64,000 nucleotides of DNA from Deltaproteobacteria bacterium (GCA_026388335.1 JAPLJZ010000252.1:4862-68861), one strand, 5' to 3'. Numbered from the stretch's first letter, positions 35,643 to 45,608 are shown. The notes: generated by a model not told the origin, from the letters alone. Numbers and translations are program-made.

Positions 35643-38606
35643 ATGAATCAAGCTCTACGCGTGTTGATCGTTGAAGATTCAGAAGATGATGCCACCCTCT
35701 TGCTATGCGTCCTGCGCCATGAAGGCTATGAGGTCGTCTACGAAGTAGTGGATACTCCGGCTGCCATGCGCACTGCATTGGAACGCCAGGATTGGGATGT
35801 GATCACTTCTGACCACGCCATGCCGCACTTCAGCGCCCCAGCGGCCTTGGCACTGGCTAAGGAATTACGCCCAAGCTTGCCATTTATAATCCTATCCGGA
35901 GAAATTAATTTCAAGCTGGTTGTTTCACTGATGAAAGGGGGAGCACAGGACTACATCCAGAAACGGGAGTTGCCTCGCGTAGTTCCTGCTATTAAACGGG
36001 AACTGAAGGAAGCAGAATCAATAATAAAACGCAAGCAGGCAGAGAAAGCACTAAGGGAGAGCGAGGAGCTTTATCGTACCTTCATAAATGCCACCACGGA
36101 CATGGTGTTCCTGAAGGATGAACTACTCCGCAATATAGTGGTAAATAAATCGATGGCGACATTTTTTGGCAAACCGGAGGAAGAGATAATTGGTAAAAGC
36201 GACTTTGAACTGATGCCGCAAATTGCCGCGGAAAAATGCCGACAGACAGACATGGAAGCCCTGACAAGCACCTCTATTGTAATTTCCGAAGAGATTATCG
36301 GAGACCAGGCATATGAAACATCCAAATTTGCGGTGGACCTGGGGCGCAACAGGCCCGGCGTGGGCGGTTTTATCCGTAACATCACCGAGCGCAAGCGGGC
36401 GGAGGAAGCGCTAAAGGAGAGCGAGGAACGGGTTCGGGCCAAGCTTGACACCATCCTTTTGCCGGAAGGGGATATTGGGGCGCTGGATCTTGCCGACATT
36501 ATTGATACACAGGCGATCCAGTCCATGATGGACGATTTCTACAAACTTACGTCCATCGGCGTTGCTATCCTTAATCTCAAAGGCCGGGTCCTGGTTGCCG
36601 CCGGTTGGCAGGATATCTGCACACAATTCCACCGGGTCAATCCTGAAACGTGCAGACACTGCCTGGAGAGCGATACGGTCCTTTCCAATGGCGTTGAACC
36701 GGGCACATTCAAAGTCTATCGGTGCAAAAACAATATGTGGGATATCGTGACGCCCATCAATGTGGGCGGGAGTCATGCGGGCAATCTGTTTTTGGGGCAG
36801 TTTTTCTTTGCCGACGAATTTATAGACTATGACGTATTCCGCGCCCAGTCTCGGCAATACGGATTCGACGAGGAAGAATATCTGGCGGCGCTTGAACGGG
36901 TGCCGCGCTGGAGCCGGGAAACGATTGACAAGGTGATGACTTTCTATGCTCGTTTTGCCCATCTGATTTCAAAACTGAGTTACAGCAATATCAAGCTGGC
37001 TCGATTATTGACGGAGCGGGACAGACTAATCGATACGCTGCGGAAGAGCGAGGAGAGTTTTAGGGCTGTCGCTGAAAATGCCCATGACGGTCTGATCATT
37101 GGACTGAGCATGGGAACCCACATCTATGCAAATAAACGTTCCTCCGAGATAACAGGTTACAGCGTCGAAGAGCTTCTTAAAATAACAATGAAAGAACTTG
37201 CACATCCCGATGAAATTCTAAAATTGTCTGAGATGCTCAAAAAGAGATTGGAGGGAGAAGAGATACCCAGACAGTATGAGACTGCCCTTGTGCACAAAGA
37301 AGGAAAGACAGTGCCGATTGAGCTAACGGGGACAAAGACTTTCTGGCATGGTCAGGTTGCAGATATGGTCATCTTCCGCGACATCAGCGAGCGCAAGCGG
37401 GCTGAGGAGACGCTGCGCCGAAGCGAAGAAAATTTCCATCATTCTCTCGATGACTCACCCCTGGGAGTGCGCATCGTGACCGTAGAAGGCGAAACCATTT
37501 ATGCCAACCGGGCGATCCTGGATATCTATGGCTACGACAGCATCGAGGACTTGAAAACAACTCCCGTGGAGAAGCGCTATACCCCGGAAAGCCATGCCGA
37601 CTTCCTGATCAGAAGAGAGCAAAGACGGCAAGGGGTTGATGTCCCGTCGGAATATACCATAGACATCATCCGGAAAGATGGTGAAGTCCGCCATCTCTAT
37701 GTCTTTCGCAAGGAAATAATATGGGATGGTGAAAGACAGTTTCAAGTCTTATACAACGACATAACCGACCGCAAGCAGGCGGAGGCAGAAATCCGCCGGT
37801 TGAACGCCGAACTCGAGCAGCGAGTTGTGGAGCGCACCGCCCAGTTGGAAATTGCCAACAAGGAGTTGGATGCCTTCGCCTACTCCATCTCCCATGATCT
37901 CAAGGCGCCACTTAGGTCTGTGGACGGTTATGTGCAGATTCTCATCGAGGACCATGCCGTCCGGCTGGATAGCGAGGGAAAGCGGGTCTGCGAGGTTATC
38001 AGCAACAACGCAAGGACGATGGGCAAGCTCATAGACGATCTGCTGGCCTTCTCCCGGACGGGCCGGGCAGAGATGAATCCTGCGCCTGTGGACATGGCGA
38101 CCCTGGCGAATTCCATCTTCTTTGAGCTGACGACCCCAGAGGAGCGGGAACGGATCGATTTTCGCGTCGGCGACCTGCCCCGAGCCAAGGGCGACCCGTC
38201 GCTGCTCCGGCAGATCTGGATGAACCTCCTCGGCAACGCCGTCAAGTTCTCCGCGCAGAAGGAACGGACCGTCATCGAGGTGGGCTGCCTATCGGAAGGC
38301 AGCGGGCAGTCGGAAGCAGGAGGGCATGAAGAGGGCGTTTCGATGGAATACCTGCCATCCGCAATCCCCATTACGGACTCCGAAAGGGTGTACTTCGTGC
38401 GGGACAACGGCGCCGGTTTCGACATGGCCCACGCGGACAATCTCTTCGGCGTTTTCCAGCGTCTCCACAGTGCGAAGGAGTTTGAGGGGACGGGCGTGGG
38501 CCTGGCCATCGTCCAGCGGATCGTCCAGCGCCACGGCGGCCGGATCTGGGCGGAGGGGGAAGTCGGCAAAGGGGCAACGTTCTATTTCTCAATTGGTGAA
38601 GCGTAG
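35643..38606 (+). CDS. Multidomain sensor: receiver - PAS - PocR - PAS - PAS - HisKA - HATPase histidine kinase
   Basis: AGGAGG before the ATG at 35643. REC (LIVEDSEDD...SDHAMP); Cys-rich PocR-like block (CTQFHRVNPETCRHCLESD...YRCKNNMWD); H-box YSISHDLKAPLRS; N/G boxes NLLGNAVKF, DNGAGF, GTGVGLAIV. Confidence 0.9.
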   Translation: MNQALRVLIVEDSEDDATLLLCVLRHEGYEVVYEVVDTPAAMRTALERQDWDVITSDHAMPHFSAPAALALAKELRPSLPFIILSGEINFKLVVSLMKGGAQDYIQKRELPRVVPAIKRELKEAESIIKRKQAEKALRESEELYRTFINATTDMVFLKDELLRNIVVNKSMATFFGKPEEEIIGKSDFELMPQIAAEKCRQTDMEALTSTSIVISEEIIGDQAYETSKFAVDLGRNRPGVGGFIRNITERKRAEEALKESEERVRAKLDTILLPEGDIGALDLADIIDTQAIQSMMDDFYKLTSIGVAILNLKGRVLVAAGWQDICTQFHRVNPETCRHCLESDTVLSNGVEPGTFKVYRCKNNMWDIVTPINVGGSHAGNLFLGQFFFADEFIDYDVFRAQSRQYGFDEEEYLAALERVPRWSRETIDKVMTFYARFAHLISKLSYSNIKLARLLTERDRLIDTLRKSEESFRAVAENAHDGLIIGLSMGTHIYANKRSSEITGYSVEELLKITMKELAHPDEILKLSEMLKKRLEGEEIPRQYETALVHKEGKTVPIELTGTKTFWHGQVADMVIFRDISERKRAEETLRRSEENFHHSLDDSPLGVRIVTVEGETIYANRAILDIYGYDSIEDLKTTPVEKRYTPESHADFLIRREQRRQGVDVPSEYTIDIIRKDGEVRHLYVFRKEIIWDGERQFQVLYNDITDRKQAEAEIRRLNAELEQRVVERTAQLEIANKELDAFAYSISHDLKAPLRSVDGYVQILIEDHAVRLDSEGKRVCEVISNNARTMGKLIDDLLAFSRTGRAEMNPAPVDMATLANSIFFELTTPEERERIDFRVGDLPRAKGDPSLLRQIWMNLLGNAVKFSAQKERTVIEVGCLSEGSGQSEAGGHEEGVSMEYLPSAIPITDSERVYFVRDNGAGFDMAHADNLFGVFQRLHSAKEFEGTGVGLAIVQRIVQRHGGRIWAEGEVGKGATFYFSIGEA

Positions 38607-38697
38607 ATTGGCTATAGGGCTGAGAATGGCGAAGCGTATGATGGATTAATCTGTCCGGGGGTCAGTAAATAGTCGGCCGGTTCAGCGCGGATAAGGT

Positions 38698-38708
38698 GGG
38701 GGGGGGGG
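38698..38708. repeat. G11 homopolymer in a convergent intergenic gap
   Basis: Eleven consecutive G read directly from the sequence. Confidence 0.9.
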
Positions 38709-38718
38709 TTGCCTGCCA

Positions 38719-39159
38719 TCATGTCAGACGCTTGCAAAGAACCAGGCAATTGCGCCCGTCCCGGACGAAGTAGCTCATATCATCCATCACCTGCTCTATG
38801 ATATGCAGCCCCATGCCCCCTTCGGGGAGGTTTGTTTTATTCTGGGGATCAAAATCCAGGCCGGTTCTTTTCTGAAGAAAATGAAGGGTTTCCCCCTCGT
38901 CACAAATCTCAAATTGAAGCCGTTTCTCATTCACGGAAATGACCACCTCAACGGAATGACCGGCCACCGAACCATAGGCATGCTTAATCGCATTATTTAC
39001 CGCCTCGACAACGGCCAGCTCTATCTGATACACGACGATGTCGCCGAGTCCCAACTGAGAACAGATCCCATGAACGGCGTAGCCGACCATGTGGACCTGA
39101 TCGAGGCGGCTGTCAATACTTATCCTGATGCTAACGTCCTGTTTGGAGAATGATTCCAT
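38719..39159 (-). CDS. Anti-sigma-factor-type serine kinase (RsbW/SpoIIAB-like HATPase)
   Basis: 146 aa; N-box EAVNNAIKHAY, CDEGE, GGMGLHII. Confidence 0.8.
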   Translation of the reverse strand: MESFSKQDVSIRISIDSRLDQVHMVGYAVHGICSQLGLGDIVVYQIELAVVEAVNNAIKHAYGSVAGHSVEVVISVNEKRLQFEICDEGETLHFLQKRTGLDFDPQNKTNLPEGGMGLHIIEQVMDDMSYFVRDGRNCLVLCKRLT

Positions 39160-39165
39160 GTTCTC

Positions 39166-39507
39166 TCACGTCTTGGACAGGCTCGCCACGGCCTCCTCCT
39201 CGGAGGGCAGAATCTGAAAAACCCGGTTCATCCTTGTTAGCCGAAACAGGCTCATCACCGTTTCCCGGGGATTGCAGATCACCAGATCCCCTTCCCCACC
39301 CATCGCCTTCAGAGAGGAAACAATCGCCCCCAAACCGCTGCTGTCAATGAAATCCACCTCCGACAGATTGAGGACGATCCTATTTTCTCCCCCCTGAATC
39401 CAGTCGGCTATCTTAGCTTTAAAGGCAGTAGCGGAAGAGGCGTCAATCCTTTTGTCCATCGGTTTAACGACCAATACCGCCCCTATCTTGACTTGATCAA
39501 TTCTCAT
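39166..39507 (-). CDS. STAS-domain anti-anti-sigma factor (RsbV/SpoIIAA-like)
   Basis: 113 aa. DFIDSSGLG carries the phosphorylatable Ser context. Confidence 0.85.
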   Translation of the reverse strand: MRIDQVKIGAVLVVKPMDKRIDASSATAFKAKIADWIQGGENRIVLNLSEVDFIDSSGLGAIVSSLKAMGGEGDLVICNPRETVMSLFRLTRMNRVFQILPSEEEAVASLSKT

Positions 39508-39508
39508 G

Positions 39509-40681
39509 TCAACCTCCTCTATATTCTATCCCCAGGAGGGTAATATCATCCTGGGGCTGTAAGCCGGAAAGAAAAGCGCCGATATCTTTGACAATTTCTT
39601 CCATCATCACCGCGATGGGCTTTTTTTTCAGGTTTTCCAGCAGTTGATAAAACCTTTGTTCACCATAGAACGCCCCTTGGGCATCCTGACATTCGCTGAC
39701 ACCGTCGGTATAGAGGATGACCTTGTCGCCTTCGGTCAGAGAAACCGTCTCTTCCTCAAAGGGGACACTCCCTCCCAGACCAATAATAGGTCCGCCCTTA
39801 TCCAAAAGGCCATAAGGAGCTTCTTCATGGAGAAGCACAGGAGGGGGATGACCGGCGCTGCTGTATGTAAGAACACCCTCACCCGCATCGAGGATTCCGT
39901 AGACCATGGTAAAATATTTATCAAAACGTTCGATGGGATACTCTTGGTCCAGGGCGGTCAGCACCTCTCCGGGGGAAGCGAAAGTATTCTTGTTTTTGAT
40001 GATCCGCCCGCTCAGCGGTTGCAGAGACTGGGAAACGGAGACCGTAACGAGGGCCGACGGGACGCCGTGACCGCTGACGTCAAGCATGTAAAAGGCCAGC
40101 CGCTCGCCGTCAAGGGGGAAGACATTGAAGATGTCACCGCCGATGGCTTCACTGGGGATGTATTTCCAGGCCATGTCAAAAGCCGTCGTCGTCGGCAACA
40201 GCTTTGGCAGGAGGCTCTGCTGAATCCCCGCTGCCGCTTGGAGGTCCTCGTCGAGGCGCTGCTGTTTCTCCACAAGTTCCCGGTTGGCGGCCATCACTTC
40301 CTTGGTCAGACGACGGATCTTCAAGTGGCTGCGGACCCGGGCCAGGGCCTCCCCCCGGTCGAAGGGCTTGGTGATGTAATCCGCCCCGCCGATCTCCAGT
40401 CCTCGGATTTTATCCCGCGACTCCCCCAGGGCTGAGAGAAAAATTACGGGGATATCCCTGGTCCGTGCTTCTTTTTCCAGGGTTTCACAGACCTCGTAAC
40501 CGTCCATGCCGGGCATCATGATATCCAGCAGGATAAGATCCGGGTCGGTAGCGAAGGCTTTGGTCAGGCCGTCTTGACCATCCGTGGCCGCCGTGACTTC
40601 ATAGCCCGCCCTATCGAGAAAGCGGCCGATAAGTTCCCGGCTGTCGTCGCTGTCATCGATAACGAGAATCCGCTCGGCCAT
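39509..40681 (-). CDS. Response-regulator receiver fused to a PP2C (SpoIIE/RsbU-type) phosphatase
   Basis: REC (ILVIDDSDD...LLDIMMPGMDG) followed by a PP2C block (GGDIFNV...DVSGHG...YTDGV). Confidence 0.85.
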   Translation of the reverse strand: MAERILVIDDSDDSRELIGRFLDRAGYEVTAATDGQDGLTKAFATDPDLILLDIMMPGMDGYEVCETLEKEARTRDIPVIFLSALGESRDKIRGLEIGGADYITKPFDRGEALARVRSHLKIRRLTKEVMAANRELVEKQQRLDEDLQAAAGIQQSLLPKLLPTTTAFDMAWKYIPSEAIGGDIFNVFPLDGERLAFYMLDVSGHGVPSALVTVSVSQSLQPLSGRIIKNKNTFASPGEVLTALDQEYPIERFDKYFTMVYGILDAGEGVLTYSSAGHPPPVLLHEEAPYGLLDKGGPIIGLGGSVPFEEETVSLTEGDKVILYTDGVSECQDAQGAFYGEQRFYQLLENLKKKPIAVMMEEIVKDIGAFLSGLQPQDDITLLGIEYRGG

Positions 40682-40684
40682 GAT

Positions 40685-43129
40685 CTATATAACCCCCCAG
40701 GTGTCCCGGCCATATGCTCTGATCGTCCGGTCACTGGAAAATTTGCCCATCCGGGCAACGTTAAGGATGGCTTTCCGGGCCCAGAGCGATTGATCCTGAT
40801 AATCCCGGCCCACCTGTCCCTGGGCCTCGATATAATGAAGAAAATCGGGAAGATGGAAATAGTAATCCCCTTCGTTAAGGATCCGGGCGAAGACCCAGCG
40901 GAACAATCCCGGCTCCCGGGGACAGAACCGGTCGTCTCTGAAGGTATCCATCACCCGACCGATGACGTCATGGTGATGATACCAGTCCCATGGATTGTAT
41001 GCCCCTGATTGTTTATACTTTTCCACTTCGGCGATTTTCAGGCCAAAGATATGGATGTTTTCTTCCCCAACTTCCTCCATGATTTCAATATTGGCCCCAT
41101 CCAGGGTTCCGATGGTCAGGGCGCCGTTGAGAGAGAATTTCATGTTTCCCGTTCCCGAAGCCTCGGTCCCGGCCGTGGAGATCTGTTCGCTCAAATCCGC
41201 CGCCGGGATTATTTTCTCCGCCAGGGAGACGCGATAATCGGGTATAAACACGACCTTCATCATGTTCCCTACCCGCCGGTCATTGTTGATTACTTCCGCC
41301 AGGCTGTTGATAAGTTTGATGATCTGTTTGGCCTGCCAGTAACCGGGGGCCGCCTTCCCGGCAAAAATATGGGTACGGGGGGTTAACGGCGTCAATCCAT
41401 CCTCGGTCATAAGGAGATATTCATGAATGATGTAGAGGATTTTCAGGAGTTGCCGCTTATATTCATGGATCCGCTTCGCCTGAACATCAAACAGGCTTCC
41501 CGTATCAATGGAAATACCCGTCGCTGAGAAGACAACCTCTCGTAAAGTTTCCTTGTTTTCCTTCTTGACGTCCATGAATTCCTGTTGAAACACCGGATCT
41601 TCGGCATAGGGTTCAAGGCCCCGGAGGCAATCGAGATCGGTGATCCAGTCCGCCCCGATTGCCCGGGTAATGAGTCCGGCCAGGAGGGGGTTGGCCTTGA
41701 GGAGCCAGCGCCGCGGGGTGATGCCGTTAGTCTTGTTGCTGAATCGTTCCGGCCAGATCTCATGAAAATCGGGAACCAGGACCTTTTTGATCAGTTCCGA
41801 ATGGAGGGCAGAGACGCCATTCACGGCATGGGAACCGGTAATGGCCAAATGGGCCATCCGCACCTTCTTTTCCAGCCCTTCCTCGATGAGGGACATCCGC
41901 CGCATCCGGTCAAGATCGCCGGGCCAATGGCGCTTCACCTCCTCCAGAAGACGGCGATTGATTTCATAGATGATCTGGAGATGCCGGGGCAGCACCTTCT
42001 CCAAGAGCGAAACGGGCCATTTTTCCAGGGCCTCGGACAGAAGGGTATGGTTTGTATAGCCAAGGGTCCCGACGGTGATCTCCCAGGCCCGCTCCCAGGG
42101 GAGCTCATATTCATCCACGAACAGGCGCATCAGTTCGGCGACGGTTAGGGCCGGATGGGTGTCGTTCATCTGAATGGCCGTCTTTGCGGGAAAGGCGTCA
42201 AAGGTCGCGTGGTCGTTAAGATAGCGGCGGACGATATCCCGGACCGCGCAGGCGACAAGAAAATATTCCTGAATAAGGCGCAACTCCCGGCCGGCGGCAA
42301 AGGTATCGGCGGGGTAGAGGACCTTGGAGACCGTCTCGGCGGCAATCTTTTCCTCCACCGCCCGGAAGTAATCCCCTTCATTGAAAATCTCCGTGCTGAA
42401 TTCGGAGGAGGCCCGGGCGGCATAGAGACGCAGATAATTGACCGTGGCCCCGCCGTAGCCGACGATGGGCATATCATAGGGCACCCCGACGATAACCTGC
42501 CAGTCCAGCCACATGGGATTATACATACCCTGCCGGTCGATTCCGTGTTCGATTCGCCCATAGAGGGGGACCAGACAAGCCTCGTCGGCCCGTTCGATCT
42601 CCCAGGGGTCCTGCCGTGACGGCCAGAAATCCGGTTTCTCCTTCTGATAGCCGTTTTCGATCTCCTGTTTGAAAAGACCGTATTCATAATGGAGGCCGTA
42701 ACCAAAACCCGCAATCCCCAGGGTGGCCATAGAATCGAGGAAGCAGGCCGCCAGTCGCCCCAGACCGCCGTTTCCCAGCGGCGCGTCCCGCTCTTCTTCC
42801 CGGAGTTCCTCGATATCGAGTCCCTGTTCGGCAAGGGCTTCCTGAAAGGCTTCATAGAGTTGCAAATTCAGTAAATTATTGCCCAGCGACCGCCCGATGA
42901 GGAATTCCATGGAAAGATAATAGACCCGTTTCCGATCTTCCTGAGCGTAGCGTCTCTCGGTCTCGATCATCCCCTCGATGAGACGATCCCGTACCGTCAT
43001 GCAGAGGGGCTCAAAATAGTCCCGTTTCGTTGCCTTCGCGCTATCCTTGCCCAGGGAATATTTGAGATGCCTCAAGATAGAGGTTGTCAAACCGGTCTTG
43101 GTATTGTTCAGATGTTTATCCATTCCCAT
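40685..43129 (-). CDS. glgP: Glycogen/alpha-glucan phosphorylase
   Basis: 814 aa with the PLP-lysine region EASGTGNMKFSLNGALTIGTLDGANIE. Confidence 0.95.
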   Translation of the reverse strand: MGMDKHLNNTKTGLTTSILRHLKYSLGKDSAKATKRDYFEPLCMTVRDRLIEGMIETERRYAQEDRKRVYYLSMEFLIGRSLGNNLLNLQLYEAFQEALAEQGLDIEELREEERDAPLGNGGLGRLAACFLDSMATLGIAGFGYGLHYEYGLFKQEIENGYQKEKPDFWPSRQDPWEIERADEACLVPLYGRIEHGIDRQGMYNPMWLDWQVIVGVPYDMPIVGYGGATVNYLRLYAARASSEFSTEIFNEGDYFRAVEEKIAAETVSKVLYPADTFAAGRELRLIQEYFLVACAVRDIVRRYLNDHATFDAFPAKTAIQMNDTHPALTVAELMRLFVDEYELPWERAWEITVGTLGYTNHTLLSEALEKWPVSLLEKVLPRHLQIIYEINRRLLEEVKRHWPGDLDRMRRMSLIEEGLEKKVRMAHLAITGSHAVNGVSALHSELIKKVLVPDFHEIWPERFSNKTNGITPRRWLLKANPLLAGLITRAIGADWITDLDCLRGLEPYAEDPVFQQEFMDVKKENKETLREVVFSATGISIDTGSLFDVQAKRIHEYKRQLLKILYIIHEYLLMTEDGLTPLTPRTHIFAGKAAPGYWQAKQIIKLINSLAEVINNDRRVGNMMKVVFIPDYRVSLAEKIIPAADLSEQISTAGTEASGTGNMKFSLNGALTIGTLDGANIEIMEEVGEENIHIFGLKIAEVEKYKQSGAYNPWDWYHHHDVIGRVMDTFRDDRFCPREPGLFRWVFARILNEGDYYFHLPDFLHYIEAQGQVGRDYQDQSLWARKAILNVARMGKFSSDRTIRAYGRDTWGVI

Positions 43130-43349
43130 CTCCTTTAACAGTAAACGGTGCCGGGTGAAAAATGAATAGAAAAAGACAGGGGTATAGGATCTAATAAGCG
43201 CTTTGAATATATTGAACTTTTAATAAAAAGTCAAAGTTTTCTTCTCAACGTCATCATTGTGAAAATAAAACCGTCGTGCTATATTACCAACCAATGGAAG
43301 GCCCGAATTCAAGGACCAGCTCAAGGACCAAATTACGGAATTGTCGACT

Positions 43350-45407
43350 ATGTTCAGACCATCTTCTTATATTTTTGCCTGCTTTTTCATCTATACCATG
43401 ACCTGCAGCCTCTTAAATCCAACCGTCGTCTCAGCCGCGAACCATCCCTTTTCCGTCCGGGACATGTTGGCCATGGAACGGATCGCCGATCCCCAAGTTT
43501 CCCCGGATGGGCGCCGGGTCGCCTACACGGTCTGGCGGGCCGATCTCACCGCCAATCGAGGGCATACTTCCATACAACTAACGGATATTCAGAAGAAAAC
43601 TTCTTTCTTCGTCAACCCCTTAGCCGAGGCTGACGATACAAATCCCCGCTGGTCCCCGGACGGCAAAACCCTTTATTTCCTTTCCACCCGTTCCGGTTCC
43701 CAACAGGTCTGGAAGACCTCTCCGCCCTATAAAAAACCGACCCCCGTCACAGACTTACCTCTTGATGTGGGGTCCTTTGAAGTTTCCCCCGACGAGCGGT
43801 CTCTGATCCTGTCCCTGTCCGTCTTTCCCGGCAGGACGCCGGAGGAAACCAGGACGATTCTGGCGGAAAAGGCAAGTCGGGCCGGGTCGGGCATGGTCTT
43901 TGACCGCCTGATGGTCCGCAATTGGAATACCTGGAATGATGGCACCCGTAATCACCTGTTTTTTTATCCCCTTCCCGGCGGTCCGGCCCGGGACCTCATG
44001 GCTGCGATGGACGCCGATTGTCCGTCAAAACCGGCCGGGGGGACGGAGGAATTCTCCCTTTCCCCCGACGGCGGGACCTTGGTCTTTGCGGCCAAAGATG
44101 AGGGCCGTCAGGAGGCGTGGTCAACAAACAGCGACCTCTTTATGGTTTCCATCCGGACAGAAACAAAGCCGGTGCGGATCACGAAGAATCCCGCCACGGA
44201 TACTCAGCCCCGTTTTTCCCCCGACGGCCGGACCCTGGCCTATCTCGCCATGAGCCAACCCGGTCACGAGGCGGACCGCTACCGGATTCGGTTGCGGGAT
44301 ATGGCCTCGGGAGAGGAGCGCTCCCTCGATCTGCGGACCGATGACACCCCGAACGGCGATCGCTCCCCCGACTTTATAATCTGGTCTCAAGACGGGAAGA
44401 CCCTTTATTGCACCGCCGAGCATCTGGGGCAACATGTCCTCTTTGTCATGGACGTAGTGTCGGGCAAGAGCCGGATGATAATGAAGACGGGAAATACCTT
44501 TGCCCCCCAGCCCCTGCCGGATGGGCGCATTCTCTTCGCCTGGAATTCCCTCAATCAGCCGACGGAGCTTTATCTTCTCGGAATCAAAAATGAAGAATCC
44601 CAGCGAGTCACCAAATGGAACGATGACCGGGTGGCAAATATCCGCTTTGGAAAGATCGGGGCCTTTACTTTCAAGGGCGCGCACGGGGATACCGTATATG
44701 GGCGGATCGTTTATCCCGTTGCTTTCGATCCCGCCCGGAAATATCCCGTCGCCTTTATTATTCACGGCGGGCCGGAGACATCCAACCTCAATGAGTTTCA
44801 TTACCGCTGGAATCCCCAGATCTTCGCCGGGGCTGGTTATGCTGTCGTGCAGATCGATTTTCACGGTTCAACGGGCTATGGACAGACGTTCACCGATGCC
44901 ATCCGGGGGGACTGGGGCGGAGCGCCCTATGAAGACCTCATGACGGGGCTTGATTTTGCGCTGAAGGAGTATCCCTTTCTGGACGAAAAAAGGGTGGCGG
45001 CCTTGGGTCCCTCCTATGGCGGCTACATGATCAACTGGATCGGCGGCCACACGGACCGTTTTCGCTGTCTGGTCAGTCACGCCGGGCTTTTCGATAAGCC
45101 CATGGCCCGCTACGAAATAGATACCCTGTGGTTTCCCGAATGGGAATTCGGCGACCCCAAACGGCATAACCCATTGGATTATATCACGAACTGGCGGACG
45201 CCGACCCTGATCATTCATGGCCAGAAGGATTATCGGGTCCCCTACACCCAGAGTCTTGCCCTCTTCAGCGCCCTCCAGCGCCAGGGCGTTCCTTCGGAGC
45301 TCCTGATCTTTCCCGATGAAGGCCACTGGATACTCGGACCCCAAAACGTTCTGCAATGGCACGACACGGTTCTTGCCTGGCTGCGTCAGTGGCTGCGGCC
45401 TCAGTGA
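43350..45407 (+). CDS. S9-family serine peptidase (beta-propeller + alpha/beta-hydrolase), exported
   Basis: Signal peptide ending VVSA|AN. Repeated PxxSPDG propeller motifs; GPSYGGYM nucleophile elbow; C-terminal D/H. Confidence 0.85.
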   Translation: MFRPSSYIFACFFIYTMTCSLLNPTVVSAANHPFSVRDMLAMERIADPQVSPDGRRVAYTVWRADLTANRGHTSIQLTDIQKKTSFFVNPLAEADDTNPRWSPDGKTLYFLSTRSGSQQVWKTSPPYKKPTPVTDLPLDVGSFEVSPDERSLILSLSVFPGRTPEETRTILAEKASRAGSGMVFDRLMVRNWNTWNDGTRNHLFFYPLPGGPARDLMAAMDADCPSKPAGGTEEFSLSPDGGTLVFAAKDEGRQEAWSTNSDLFMVSIRTETKPVRITKNPATDTQPRFSPDGRTLAYLAMSQPGHEADRYRIRLRDMASGEERSLDLRTDDTPNGDRSPDFIIWSQDGKTLYCTAEHLGQHVLFVMDVVSGKSRMIMKTGNTFAPQPLPDGRILFAWNSLNQPTELYLLGIKNEESQRVTKWNDDRVANIRFGKIGAFTFKGAHGDTVYGRIVYPVAFDPARKYPVAFIIHGGPETSNLNEFHYRWNPQIFAGAGYAVVQIDFHGSTGYGQTFTDAIRGDWGGAPYEDLMTGLDFALKEYPFLDEKRVAALGPSYGGYMINWIGGHTDRFRCLVSHAGLFDKPMARYEIDTLWFPEWEFGDPKRHNPLDYITNWRTPTLIIHGQKDYRVPYTQSLALFSALQRQGVPSELLIFPDEGHWILGPQNVLQWHDTVLAWLRQWLRPQ

Positions 45408-45565
45408 GGGGAAATTGGGGTCCAGTAATCACAATCTTTCGTATATTCCGTAATCACATGGTCAACAAAACGGGCGAAGCGGAGGCAATTTTCCCGATTC
45501 TCCCGGGGATGAACTTCATAGAAGAGACATTCCTGGCATCTTTCTTCCCTGCACTTGTCATTCAT
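45401..45565 (-). CDS. Small Cys-rich protein (54 aa), hypothetical; not in the supplied ORF track
   Basis: My translation is MNDKCREERCQECLFYEVHPRENRENCLRFARFVDHVITEYTKDCDYWTPISPH. GGGAGGA precedes the ATG. It lies 43 nt downstream of the VWA gene on the same strand. Confidence 0.4.
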   Translation of the reverse strand: MNDKCREERCQECLFYEVHPRENRENCLRFARFVDHVITEYTKDCDYWTPISPH

Positions 45566-45608
45566 TTCCTTATCCTCCCGTTAATTTTTTAATCTGGGTA
45601 ATCTGGGA

